Shown: positions 1-13,600, numbered from the stretch's first letter. The stretch is DNA of 64,000 nucleotides from Antedon mediterranea (GCF_964355755.1 NC_092679.1:2138201-2202200), one strand, 5' to 3'. Program-made: numbers and translations. Notes: generated by a model from the letters alone, not told the origin.

Positions 1-551
1 TAGACTTGAACAAGTATATTAGAAAATGTTGTTAAATATTGCTAATGCCGGAGGAGCAACGTTAAGTCATAGGATTATATTACTTCATATACACATACAA
101 ATCCAATGTTCAATTATTCGAGCACGAACCGGGTGGTAATAAAATAATTTGACGGCGTAATTAATATTTTCAATCAACACGTCTGTATTGGATTATGTAC
201 GATGAATGGCAAACATGAATAACAAGCGTACAGACCGAAGGTTGGTTAGTAGAAATAAAAATGTTGACATTAAGTCGTCAACAAGCCTATTAAAAACAAC
301 AATATATAGATATTTAAACTAGCAATATATCTTTAGCGTTAGAGTTGCATACATATGTCAATATATACACTGTAAGTATATTAAACAAGGCCATATACAT
401 GGCTGCAGTCGATCGCGTGCGCAAATTTGAGTTAGTGTTTACCAACCGACCAACCGACCGACTAAAAACAAGACCACTCCGATGGCCAAGGTTCCAGTTT
501 CTTTATAATAAGAAAAGTGCTCTTTCCTTTTTTTTTATGTTATTATTCTAA

Positions 552-673
552 AGCTCTGTCTACACTATCAAACAAAAAAAGTGTAATGTGCCTAAATATG
601 GTAGTGATATGACAACATCTATCCTGTCCATATATGGGCACATCACATAAAATTTGATAGTGCAGACAGAGCT
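552..673. mobile_element. Harbinger-type MITE family B
   Basis: TIR AGCTCTGTCTACACTATCAAA, TAA TSD, core AAATATGGTAGTGATATG. Confidence 0.8.
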
Positions 674-1131
674 TAATAATACTCTTCTTCAAATTAAAGA
701 TAAAAGGTTAGTAATAATTCGTCATTTGGTATGACAAATTTGTAGTGCGCCGTGACTCATCGAGCACGTGATCAAACTACTTAATTACGTGAAATTATGT
801 GGAATGAGTTCTTTGCATTCAGTACATCTTATATGAATGTTTGTAAGGAACAGGATTGGGGATAGGAAAACGAATACGATAGATTAAGTGAATTGATAAT
901 TTTATACTTAAAGGTTGTTTAATTTGGATAACCGCGCAGCAATCTCTAGCTTTCAGAAATTGGGCAATGTCTCTGGTTAGAGACCCTACACCTTTACCCA
1001 GTGTGACGTGTATTCGAAAAGTCATTATCCAATATTCTAAGACTCACGCTTTCTTGTGGAAATTGCATTACATAATAAAATTACATAATTTTACCATGCA
1101 TGGGCTAAATTACACAATAGACGTCATTATA

Positions 1132-1168
<37 letters not shown>

Positions 1169-1517
1169 TATTTTTAGGAGCTACCTTACAATGCCAATTG
1201 ATAATTGCAAAATATCTTCTTTTCTGTTACCATTCCCTTTGTAAAATTAGGCATTACTGGTCTCTGTGTTATGCTGTTGTGCTGAAAATGGACCTGTCAT
1301 ATATTAGCTTCCACTAGAACCCTAAATTCATTACGCATCCTCCCCCCCCCCCACCCACCCCACCCCACTCCCTCAAATCCGTCGTCCCCTAAACACCAGC
1401 TTTCAAATATTTCAAACGATATTTGAAATAACAAATTGAAATTGAAGCTATAAAAATCATTATTATTAATAATAATTGTCCTTTTTATAGCGCCTAATCA
1501 AATTAAATTGTCTCTTA

Positions 1518-1697
1518 AGCGTGGTTCCCACTAGCGACGCAACACAAGGACGTAACGCAACGCAAGTGAATTGACCAAATCACAAGCGATGGCTTATTCG
1601 CTTGTGATTGCTAACTGTCTATAACTTCACTTGTCATTGGTTAAAACGCTTGCGTTGCGTTTACGTCCTTGCGTTACGTTCTGGTGGGAACGAGGCT
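1518..1697 (+). mobile_element. Harbinger-type MITE family A (~179 bp)
   Basis: TIR AGC(G/T)TGGTTCCCACTAG, TTA on both sides, long fold-back arms. Confidence 0.85.
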
Positions 1698-1828
1698 TTA
1701 ACGCGCTACGAACTAGATGGAAATTACGTCATTTCATATGCTATGCGAAAGAGATGGGTTTTCAGCAACTGTTTGAAGATGTTAATATAATTGGCATTCT
1801 TGAATGATTGTGAAAGAGTATTTCATAA

Positions 1829-2007
1829 AGCGTGGTTCCCACTAGCGACGCAACACAAGGACGTAACGCAACGCAAGTGAATTGACCAATCACAAGCGAT
1901 GGCTTATTCGCTTGTGATTGCTAACTGTCTATAACTTCGCTTGTCATTGGTTAAAACGCTTGCGTTGCGTTTACGTCCTTGCGTTACGTTCTAGTGGGAA
2001 CCAAGCT
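1829..2007 (+). mobile_element. Harbinger-type MITE family A (179 bp)
   Basis: Near-identical copy with TAA/TTA flanks; removing it plus 3 bp restores the LINE reading frame. Confidence 0.88.
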
Positions 2008-3263
2008 TTAGTATGGAGCTGTACAAGAGAATGACCGGTCAACAAATGTATGTCTACGTGTTCTTGGTTGGTTGGTTTTATAATACTTCATTACTATGAC
2101 GTACCGATTAACATCAAGAACAAAAAAACCTTTTTCCCGTACCACCTGATGATGTATTACCCTCTGATGCATTAATTTTATTATCTCGCAGGTAGTAATT
2201 AATTTGTTACGTAATTACAAACCACTAGCCAGCCAAATATTCTTCTCTCCTTTTAATTACTTGCAACAATGTCAATACAAACTTCAATTAATTCTCACAG
2301 AACGTGCTCATCGATCGCTTTTGCGTAAATATTAAGAAAAACCACACGTTTATTTAAGAAAGATATAAGTTTCTTCCATACTAGCCTATGTATTCTGTCT
2401 AAACATTTCAGATAATATTTAACTTTCGTATTCCATATAACTGTATGAATATTCAAACACGCATCTCGGCGGTTAATGAATAATATTAACTTACCCGTGA
2501 TAGTTAAAACGCCAACAAAAAGTAAAACCGATGTTGTACTTGGCAAATGCATATTAAAAGTCCTGTATATCGGCTACTAATAGTACTATACGTGACTTAT
2601 ACGGTATAAATATCCGTCGTCGCAAATGTACGCGTCAGAATGGCAGAGTCGTAATCGTTCAAATGAGGACTATAATATTGATTCCAATCAAGAAACATAC
2701 TTCTGCGCATGACAACACATTGTTGCAAGAAACACACATAAATGCGTCTTGTCCAATCGGCGGATAATATAGTATTTTAATATAACAGTGACCCTCATCT
2801 GTTATGAGTTTCTATGACAACCATTTGATATAATTCGATATTAAAATGACGTCACAATAATAATAATTATTAATTACTATATATAGGGCCTAATTTCAAA
2901 TTTCAAACGGGAATAAATTATTAGTATTAAACATTTTGTTTTGTTAACGATGTTTGTCGTTAGTGAACAATGTGTACAATAAAACTAAACTGTACTATTA
3001 TTTAGCTTGGTAAATTCTTGTGAGATACTTGGAACATTGTTATTATTGCTATGGTGGATGTAGAAAATAAACATAAAGTGATACAGATATGATTCAGGTA
3101 GCTATGTTACGGTACATAAACAATTAACATTTAAACAAAAATCGAAATGCCGACGGAAACCCCATAAAAAAAACTACATACTTAAGTCTAGTATGTTGCA
3201 GCCTCGTCTATTTTACTCAACAACAGGCCAAATAATCTATCAGATCGACTAAATTCATCTTAA

Positions 3264-3434
3264 AGCTCTGTCTCACTATCACACTTATAGTTTGACAAAA
3301 AAGTGTGCTGTGGCCAAATATGGTAGTGCTATGCCTAAATATGGTAGTGCTATGTCTAAATATGGTAGTGATATGACATCATCATTTCCATATATGGGCA
3401 AATCATACATAAAATTTGATAGGTAGACAGAGCT
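3264..3434. mobile_element. MITE family B with three internal 21-bp repeats
   Basis: Same TIR, TAA TSD; inserted in the left TTAA flank of the adjacent Kolobok-like element. Confidence 0.8.
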
Positions 3435-3437
3435 TAA

Positions 3438-3712
3438 AGATGTATTGTCCCCCAAAAACATGAAAAATGAAGATTAATTAAATCAGACTTTGAATATGTT
3501 ATTTTGTAGTTTTAATAAAGTTCACTTCCATGGAAAAAAAAATGTTTTCACTTATAAAATGACAAAAGTAAATCCATTGGCTGGCAGCCAATTTGACAAT
3601 TTAAATACTTTTTTTTCGATCCAATTTTTGGTCAAAAAAAGTAACTATTATGTTACATTAAAATGGAATATTCAACAACAATTTTTTAAAGAATTATTTG
3701 TTCAATACATCT
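3438..3712. mobile_element. Kolobok-like non-autonomous element
   Basis: TIR AGATGTATTG/CAATACATCT with TTAA flanks; 5'-RR termini plus a TTAA TSD are Kolobok hallmarks. Related copies at 50226-50572 and ~28900-29202. Confidence 0.6.
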
Positions 3713-5509
3713 TTAACATTACCATCGCACACACACAAATATAATCAAATTCATGTTAAGTTAACGTTCAATTTGTGTAATTGCTGATAACGAGCTTTTA
3801 ATCAGATCTTTGCATTGCTAATAGTCAAGAGAGGGATATATTCGATTCTGTATCACACTGATTATATTAATGACGTTATACTGTTTAATATTAACACATT
3901 ATACGAGCAATAAACTCGACAAGATTTGTATGATAATATGTTACAAATTATGAATTTCATAGAACTTAAATTAGAAATTAAATCACCACACTAACAAACA
4001 TTACTAATGCGTGCCAAAGTTTATGGTACTAGTAAACGCCGCCACGCCTATATACATTTGAGTAGGCCTACATCGACCCTTTGTTGGGATTATAAGGTTT
4101 GGTTGGCGCATGCGTTTGTTCTTGCTATTTAATTGAGACAGGTTCATTATAATTTTGTAATCGTAATGTCCAGTCTACAACGTTGACCAACGGAAATACG
4201 TATCATAAAAACGCACAAGAGTTGAAGAGCGCGTATCGGTATTAGTACGCGTTTTCCGCGTGCCACTAACGATCAACTGAACATTCGATCAACAGCGGCC
4301 TACTTAACATTGTTTTTATTACCTCTCAATGCATGTTTGATATTAAACAAGCCATGAGTTTATAGTTATCCCCGGAGGTAACTTGCGTTTCATATTGGAA
4401 AATTAACAAACCGTTGTGTAAAAATATCATTTTAATCATGCTTAGAATGATAGATTACCGTATAAAGCAATTATAAAGTATTGTGAAGGTGGTATAGCCG
4501 ATTGGTGATGTGTGCAGTCAACGAGAACAACAAACTGTGGTGAGGGAAAAAGTGACCCCCCAGACACTTTGCGAAGAAAACAAAAATCATAATTTAACGA
4601 CCGATTATTGTCATTGGTTTGAGGAGAGGAGGCAAATCCGCAGTTTTTGCGAATTTCCGTACGTGATTTGCTAAAAAAAATTTTTCTTTAATTTTTGGAC
4701 TGGACGTTTACGCAACATATTAAAGACAATTAGAGATGGCGCTCCTCATAACAATATTATAACCCGCTCGAGTTTAGTTTGGCGCTTATTTTAATGACAT
4801 CTGTGGTAGATGTTCCCTTTTTATTGAATCAGCTTAAAACAAAATAATCTATCAATCATGTTCTCACAAATACGGTTAAATAATAATAAATAACAAATTA
4901 TTAGTATGTCTGTTGAATGGTTTAATCAATAGATTTGAAAATCAAATCAAAATGTTAATACCTGTAGAAGTTATCGGTACATGCCTACACCACGTACCGG
5001 TATATTATATTTAGTTTTGAAAATATGTGATCGTTCTCAGGAGTGAGAATGCCGTTTTGAACTGTCTGCATTCTTACTCTTGAGGACGATCAAAGTATAT
5101 TGATCGAAACGGCGAGAAACTCGACAGATTTGTGTTTGTTCAGAAGTACAGTAAATATCGTGGCATACTGTACAATATATATTTCGCCATGCAAACCTTA
5201 AACAATACAAATCAATATAAGAAATAAAAGTACGTTAGTCTGGGCGACTCTGATTTAGAGGCAAAGTATAACGAACAATTATTTGATTTAGAATAATTTC
5301 TCCAATTCCTTGTACAGTACAGTATTTAAAATACAGTATCCATTTAGTTTTTATCTCATTTTACAAAAATAAATGTTTACATAAGGACTGCTAAAGTCAA
5401 CTCTACAAAAACCTTTTTAGAGATTCAAAACGTTCTAAGTTTCAATCATTTAATTAAAACGTGTTCAGATTCAGAATATTTCTATAAACATAATTATCAC
5501 AACCGGCCC

Positions 5510-5829
5510 AGAGTTTACTGAAGTAGGCAGTGTCATATTTATAATTATTAAAGGCCGCGAGATATTTTCATTTGGTTAAGGCAGCAATATTAACAATGTC
5601 CATTTTACCATTATATTTACAATTTAGATACACTCGGTCTTTTAAACGCCTGACTGTAACACAAATAAAAATTGATAATTAGTACAACCCAGAGAGAGTT
5701 TACTGAAGGCAGTGTCATATTTATAACTATTAATGGCCGCGAGATATTTTCATTTGGTTAAGGCAGCATTATTAACAATGTCCATTTTACCATTATATTT
5801 ACAATTTAGATACACCCGGTCTTTTAAAC
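5510..5829. repeat. Tandem duplication, period about 185 bp
   Basis: AGAGTTTACTGAAG..GGTCTTTTAAAC occurs twice at high identity. Confidence 0.85.
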
Positions 5830-6065
5830 ACCGGACTATAATATAACACAAACACAAATTCGTGCAAGAAAATGTATATTATATATACAGTACATGCCAC
5901 CTCAAAAACAGCAACGTTGCCCAATGTCAGTGCTGTCTGGTAAAATATTTCAGAGCAACTACGTTTTTGTTTCCCATACAAGCAAAACACCAAACGCGGT
6001 TTAATAAATTTCGTCTAACATTCATCAATATTTATACACGAGTACGTCAAAGGAAACCCTTGTAA

Positions 6066-6244
6066 AGCGTGGTTCCCACTAGCGACGCAACGCAAGGACG
6101 TAACGCAACGCAAGTGAATTGACCAATCACAAGCGATGGCTTATTCGCTTGTGATTGCTAACTGTCTATAACTTCGCTTGTCATTGGTTAAAACGCTTGC
6201 GTTGCGTTTACGTCCTTGCGTTACGTTCTAGTGGGAACCAAGAT
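6066..6244 (+). mobile_element. Harbinger-type MITE family A (179 bp)
   Basis: Near-identical copy with TWA flanks. Confidence 0.85.
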
Positions 6245-7016
6245 TTAACAAAAATAATAGGCTATATATATATACACAGTATATCATGGCAGCTCCTGTA
6301 ATACAGAGGCACATATGTATCACATGTTGTGCATGTATTATGTTACGGTTAGGTTTATAGGATTGATACCCAGTCACATGTGATACATATGTGAAAGTAT
6401 TACAGAAGTTGCTTATGGAACTGGACATATTATAAATACAATATCGAAAATCGGATAAAAATGCTAAATGTATGTACATTAGTGTTATTCTATACAAACT
6501 ATACATTAAACTATACATTAATTGTAAATATGTTTATCAGAATTACACCGATTTTACGTTTTTTAAGATTAATGGATTTTCTTTAATAAACTCCTTAAAG
6601 CAAGTGCTGAATCTGTATATAAACAATAATAAATTGCAGTTTTTAAACTGAGCACTACTAAATTGTAATAAATCATGGAGAATATTTGCAATATAACGAC
6701 ATTTTACACAAGCTATTCTGTAAGAAACTATAATATACTATAAACAAATATCATCTTCCTAATTTTGAAATCATTATTATGGAATCATTGGAATGGTGTC
6801 TCTCATGGCCGATTCGGTTTGGAACCAAATTCGGCCGAATTCATTTACTTTAATATAGAATGTTTATTTCTACATAGAAAAATGTATTTACACTTCATTA
6901 AAACTAAGAAATTACAGATTCAAAACAGAGTTACAGCTTTCGTCTACCAATTGCTGGAGACGAACGTAACTTCATGTTTTACGACGTTAAAGGCAATTTA
7001 CACAGAAGAACGGTAA

Positions 7017-7174
7017 AGCTTGGTTCCCATTAGGACGTAACGCAAAGACGTAAACGTAACGCAAGCGTGTTGACCAATGACAAGCCACTGTTTGAATACT
7101 TCATTGCTTTTGATTGGTCAAATCACTTACGTTGTGCTTACGTCCTTGCGTTGCGTAGCTAGTGGAACCGAGCT
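7017..7174. mobile_element. Older, shorter relative of MITE family A
   Basis: Diverged AGCTTGGTTCCCA TIR, TAA TSD, same GACCAATGACAAG/ATTGGTC core. Confidence 0.75.
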
Positions 7175-7653
7175 TAAGCGGAAAACCGCGTAGCTTGTCC
7201 ACGTAGAATCTTTGTCTATCCTGAGCAGAAACCGCCTGTCCGCTCTGCGTTATGTGTGTGTGTAGCAATGTGTTACAATTTCAGACTTTAAAGCCCAACT
7301 CACCAAACATTTGACAAAAAAATATTAAGTTGTAATTGTTTATTCAATGCAGCTTATTTTTAATTGGTGTATCTCATTATAACTTTGTTTTGTTTTTAAT
7401 TTTGTACTACTTAGTTTTGTTATTTTGTATTTTATAAGTAATAATGGAGTAAGAGCAGTTTTCTGTTTGGGCTTATGCCTATTATACTTGCTCCTGGCAA
7501 GATGAAATGTAAAACATACTTTTAAGAACTTTTGCCGAATAAAATTACAGGTATTGTTATTATAAATGGTCATAAGAAATAACATAGATTCTATATTTGT
7601 ATTACCGTTACCGCTCGTCTGTGTAAATTGCCCTTTATTAGGCTAGTATACGA

Positions 7654-10600
7654 TTATTTACATAGATCTTCCATCTTTAATTTTCTTCTCAAATACTGAA
7701 CCGGTGTAGCCCGTGGTGTTGAATGAAGGCGTGTCAAATTGTGGTCACCTGACGAATAGTTTGTGACACTCAAGTTGCGTTTGGACCTTGAGCTTGGTGG
7801 TTTCTTCTCTTTTACTGAAGATAATGTGCAACTGTTAAGATGAGCATGTGACCTAGATTCTCTTTCTGGTGTTTTCTGTGTAATTTCATTGTCGACATTT
7901 TGCGTCAAGTCAATAACATTGTTGCTTTTTGTTGATTCAGAACTAATTTCATACGAAGTACGTTTGTTTTTCATAGAAACCGAATTGACCTCAACACTTT
8001 CCAAAAGCTTATCTCTAGTTCCAGACCAAATACTTGGTAATACGTTTCCTTCTTCATTGGCACAATTGCATTTTTTATAGGCAATACATGTTGGAAAATG
8101 TTTTCTTGATGAGGATGACTGTGAATGATTAAAAGCAGATTTCAAATCATTGTTTGGTGTGAACTTGAGATACTTTGTAATGTTTATAACATGCTTCTTT
8201 CTTTCATCTTTTCTTGATCTTTTACCTTTCATTTTTGTTGATTTTCCCATGTCTTCTTTTTCTTTTAAATACTTTGCTGTTTCATCTTCCGTTGGTCTTT
8301 TCCCCTTCATTTTTGTTGATTTCTCCATGTTTTTAAAATACTTTGCTGTTTTAACCTCCGGTGGTCTTTTTTTCTTAATTGTTGTGAATTCATCCATGTT
8401 TGTTTCGTTTTTCATCGAATACTGTGCTTTTTCATCTTCTGTTGGTCTTTCTTCTTCTATTTTTGTTGATTTTCCCATGTTTTCTTCCTTTCCCTTCAAA
8501 TACTTTGCTGTTTCATCTTCCGTTGGTCTTTTCCCCTTCATTTTTGTTGATTTTCCCATGTCTTTTTTTTCTTTCAAACACTTTGCTGTTTCATCTTCCG
8601 TTGATCTTTTTTCCTTCATTTTAGTTGATTTCCCCATGTTTTCTTCTTTTTCCTTCAAATGCTGTTCTTTTTCATCTTCTGTTAGTCTTTCTTCTTCCAA
8701 TTTTGTCGATTTCTCCATGTTTTTTTCTTCTTTTTCCTTCAAATTATTTGCTGTTTTATCCTCCAATGTTCTTTTTCTCTTCATTTTTGTTGATTTCTCC
8801 ATGTTTTCTTCTTGTTCCTTCAAATACTTTGTTGTTTTTAACTCCGGTGGTCTTTTTTCCTTAATTGTTGTGGATTCATCCATGTTTGTTTCGTTTTTCT
8901 TCGAATACTGTGCTTTTTCATTTTCTGTTGGTCTTTCCCCTTTCATTTTTGTGATTTCTTTCTTGTTTTCTCTTCTCTTTTTCTTCAAGGATGATTCTAT
9001 CTTACATTTCCTCAAGCTTCCTCGTCCTCCTTTTCCAGATTCTTCTAGTTTTTCTTCATTTATCTTCACAGTCGGTATTTTTGCATATTTACTTCTACTC
9101 CGGTTTACTGATCCATCTATTTTTCTTGTCTTCATTTCTTTCAAACGTCTATTACTTGATGATAACAATAATTGTGAATTCAATAAATTAACCTGTGTAC
9201 AATCATTTTCAGACGGTTTTTCCAAAGTGGAATTCGGAAGACACTTTATAAGATATTGGTGTAAATCTATTGTAGGCGTTTTTTCCATCTTCTTTTTATT
9301 CTTGTGCCTTCTTCGTCGTCCATTACTACTCTTTTGCTTTTTCTTGTTATATTCAGTTGACGTAAAAGTATAATTTTGTTTACGTTGGGAAGTTCTTGTG
9401 ACTCTCCTATTTGGTGGTTTGAAACGAGGTGAACACCGAATTTCAAATGGCGCCAATTCATCAGCAGACGAACTTTCTGAAGTAGTAAAATAATTTTTTA
9501 AAGTTGCCTGAACTAGATTTGACTGACTTTTTACCCTTTTCATTTGCTTTGATTTTTTACCTTTTCTGATTAAAGACTTTTTATTTTTGTCATCTGGATT
9601 AGTGGATTCCTCACGTTTTGTAATTTTATATTCTGAACATCCTTCATCTTCTAACATTGATAGAAGATCAGTTGACACATCAGCGTAAAAACTCTTGAGC
9701 GTATTTCTTCTAACAGGCGAGTTGTAATCATCTGTTTGAATCTCCGATTCGACATATGACTGCTGATAACTGACACAACTTTTGTCATCTTTGCTATTCT
9801 TGCGTATCATATTCTTTGGAATTACCTTCTCATCACTACTGATCAAATCCGAAGTTTTCTTCTTATGCTTCTCACAAAAAACTGAATTTGTCATGCTGTT
9901 CACATCAATAGAAGCTTCTGTGACCTTTGCATGATAGACAGACATTACTTTGTCATTTTGATGTTCCAGTTTCTCATTGTGTAAAAGAACTGGGTCAAAA
10001 TCCACATCGCATTGGCGCTTCTTACAAAAGCTTGTTGGAACATTCACATCATGAGCGATGCCATCATCTGACGTTTTGGACTGCTTATGATGGCCGACAA
10101 AACTGCCTTCATCTTTTGGATGTTCCACCTCACTCGGAAGTGTTTTGTTATGTGTTTGGTTATAGCTACTTACCAGATCACCAGTTCTTTTATGTTTCTT
10201 ACAAAGACTTTGAAATGGGTCAATGCTATTTATATTAAGATAAGTCTCTCTATCAAAAATTTCTGACAGTTTCTGTTGACTGACTGAAATAGATTTGTCT
10301 TTCTGATGTTCAAGTTTTACAGGCACATCATTTAAAATAATTGGCTTACAACTCTTTATGAAATCGCCAGTTGTCCTTTTATGCTTCTCACAAAGAAACA
10401 CTTTTACACTATCAGAAGTGTCTTCTTCAGAAGTTTCCGATAGCTTCTGATGATCAAATGACCTTATTTCGTCTACTTGACGTTCAAGTTTTACATCTTT
10501 TGGAAATACTGGCTTATGTAACAAATCTTCATCAACGTTATCTTCATCACTTGATATGAAGATTTCACTTTGGCTAAATACATCCGATAAACTACTACTA

Positions 10601-13600
10601 GTACTCAGACAAGTTTTGATATTTGGTTCTTCAAATACTTCATTCTTCTCAGTGACATTAAACAATTTACTTTGAAATAATTTTATTTTTTTCAGTGGTT
10701 TGTGTTGATCCTTTGTCTCTGGCGAAAGGCTTAAACAAGGTCGCTTATGCATTCTCGTAATCAATGGTGGTTCGTCTGAGTCACTAGCACTTTTCCTCTT
10801 GTTAATTATCTCATCAAGCTCTTTATAAATCATTGGAGGTATCTCTAATCTACATGACCTAGACGATTTCCTAAGCAGATTAATGGAAAGAAGTTGATCA
10901 GAACATCCATGCTCTATGATCTCTTGCCAGGTTAGTGGATGCATAGTCACTACTGGAAGATGCACTCCTGCAGCCTTCCTAGCAGCTGGCAAGCCTTCAG
11001 ATAGAGAAAAACTGAATGGTTGGTCATCGTCCTTGAATAATTTCACCAAGCTGTTGGAAGGTAATGGTGTTCTTAAGGGTTTCCCCTGTAGCTTCATCTT
11101 ATATGGTCTTCCATTTAACTGTTTTTTAGTAAATGTTGTAGATTTCATACTCTTTGAGCCCACTTCTATTAGAGAAACGTTTAATTTTCAAAATGAAATT
11201 TAAGGAAGTATGTAAAGTTATACAGTGCATCAATATCTAACAATACAAATCAGATTGAATGTTAATTATGTATGCTTCCGCTCTTCCACCCATAAACTAA
11301 ATAATTGTTTTGCAGAAAGAAAGTTATTTATTTTGCTAAAGCAATAAAAAAACAAAATAATGCAACTATTAAAAAATATTTACCTGAGCCAACCATCGTA
11401 CGGCATATCCAACAGGCCCAATCCTTTGATTTATTCTTCAATCCACCACACTTTACATGGCAACCTTGCGAACCACACAGATCACATAATACTATCGACC
11501 ATTGCCTAATAAAAAATAAATGAACTCTCTCAACTCTAAAAAAAACAGACTTTTCTTGAAGGTCTAAAAGGTACCAAATTCTCTTTTCACCATTAAAAAC
11601 ACATTCGGAATTTAAGATTACATCTGCATGTCCACTAATTTAGCTATTTCCATAAACAGTTACAGATGATTATGCATGTGATATTTAGGAAATTTGTTTC
11701 AAACTTGGAATCTCTTTTCACTTCCAGAAAACATGATAGTGATGGTATAAAAAAGAACTTCAGAAAATAGGCCAGTTCAAGGGTGTCTGGTATTGGGAGA
11801 TACAACTGTAATTATCAATAGAGTTTAAAAGTAAAAAATAAGGTAGATGAAAATCCAGACTATTACTACAGTAGAACCTCCATTTTACGTACGGTACGGG
11901 ACCGAAAGGCGTACGTAAAACAAAGGATTCGTAAAATCAAGGTTGACCTTAAATTGACGCCAAATACGTAGAGATCGTAGCTATAAAGGCTACCCTGTTT
12001 GTCTACTTTATTGAACAGCATGCAGGTTGTCACTAGCTAGGCCTTGCCTAGACTATTCAGGCCAGGCTAGCAAGATGTGAGGCCTAATAGAAAAGTACAG
12101 TACTGTACAGTATATACAGGCTGTGAGATGTTTAAATAAAGTGTAAAATATCAATGTTCTTGTATTTTCTATCAATAAAAACAGTCGCTGCTTAAATGCA
12201 CGTGCGTAGCTTGACTCAAACACACAGCAGAATTCCACACACAGCAGCCATGATTGTGGCTTTGTGTGCTTTGTTGTTGTTAAATTGCGCCCTCAATGTA
12301 AGAAAATGATGACGTCATCGGTTATTTTAAGCGTACGTAAAATCAAGGGAACGTAAAACACAGGTTCTACTGTATGTACTATAGAAATAACTTACTTTCC
12401 CTTGCAAAAAAATCGGCCGTCAGGACAAAGGCATTTGTCAGCGTTACACTCATTATGCCGTTCTAAGAGCTCCTGATATGCTCCATCTTCACGTTCCCAC
12501 GAAGCATCTTGTTCAGGAATGTAGATGCCAAACATCTTCATTTCAACTTCAAATTCTTTCTTGTTGTTGCAGACCGGACAACGAAAGAAATAACCCGAAC
12601 TTATCGCTTGGCGCTGAAAAGATTTAAAAAAATACTGAAATTGACAATGTTTATGATTTAATATTTTTATAATCAATTAATAAACTAATAATATAGGACA
12701 AATAATGAATTAACACCAAATTAACCTATGAGAGTGAATCTACTAACCTGTACGCACTCTCTATGTAACCATGTGCTATTACAACAAGGTGTCTTCAGGA
12801 CATTAAGATTGGTTTCACATGGTACATCACAGAAGCATATAGGGCATTCAATTTTACTTGGACTTCCACAGCTCAGATCTGTCTCTTGATGTGGACGATG
12901 CTCCAAACAATATGAACTGTTCAACAGATAAATACAAACATAGTTTCAAACATAAACATCTTTTGGTAAATCACAAAATATTGAATATCGCAGCATATAG
13001 AGTATCACGGTGTGACGTCACAACGATAGAGAGTGCTGCATGGTTGCTAGCCAACCAAAAAATGCATTCAACGCTACTATGTTGTAAAGATCTGTATTTC
13101 TATAAAATTATGTATCTTGGCTTGATTTTTTTAAACTTAAACTGTAGTTGAAGAATAAATAGATTATTAAAAACAAACATTTAGTGATCTTTTGAAATTT
13201 TAGTTTGTTTTTATTGAAAATTATTATGTTTTAAAATGACTACTTCAATAAGCCTATTCTAAACCATTGGTGACCTTGGAGTCACTCAGGCACGCATTTT
13301 TGGTTGCGCTAGCAATCACGCAGCGCCACCCACTGCCGTGACGTCAGCACCTTGATACTCTATATGCTTCTGTTTTTAAGCTCTGTCTACACTATCGAAA
13401 TACCAAATATGATAGTGATATGTCCAAATATGGTAGTTATATCTCCGTGTCCATATATGGGCACATCACATTTTCTTGTCACATAAAGTTTGATAGTGTA
13501 GACAGAGCTTTAGATATTACTACACTTACTTGAAGTTACCAAAAAACTGTGACAGACTTCCATTAGCCAGGCCACAGTGGAAGTGAAATGTCATTGGACA

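Larger units (their letters stand above)
1462..2070 (-). mobile_element. 5'-truncated L2/CR1-clade LINE remnant interrupted by two MITEs
   Basis: With the MITE removed, the minus strand reads PRTRRHTFVDRSFSCTAPYL*NTLSQSFKNANYINIFKQLLKTHLFRIAYEM, a typical L2/CR1 ORF2 C-terminus, followed by GGCGCTATAAAA and an (ATT)n tail. Confidence 0.75.

Noticed and set aside
1518-2007. Two identical repeats with unique intervening DNA (repeat-spacer or LTR-like)
   Set aside because: They are independent MITE insertions, each with its own 3-bp flanks, inside a LINE remnant.
1-7600. Short ORFs in the first 7.6 kb
   Set aside because: No recognisable domains or consistent exon chain; several overlap MITEs or microsatellites. 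Small exons of an outside gene cannot be excluded.
8150-9373. 407-aa Phe/Ser-rich plus-strand ORF that looks like a membrane protein
   Set aside because: It is the antisense shadow of the Lys/Glu-rich repeat exon; the hydrophobicity follows from complemented AAA/GAA codons.
7654-11163. Stand-alone 1169-aa gene
   Set aside because: It starts at GTG directly after a splice acceptor and joins the upstream PHD exons in frame.
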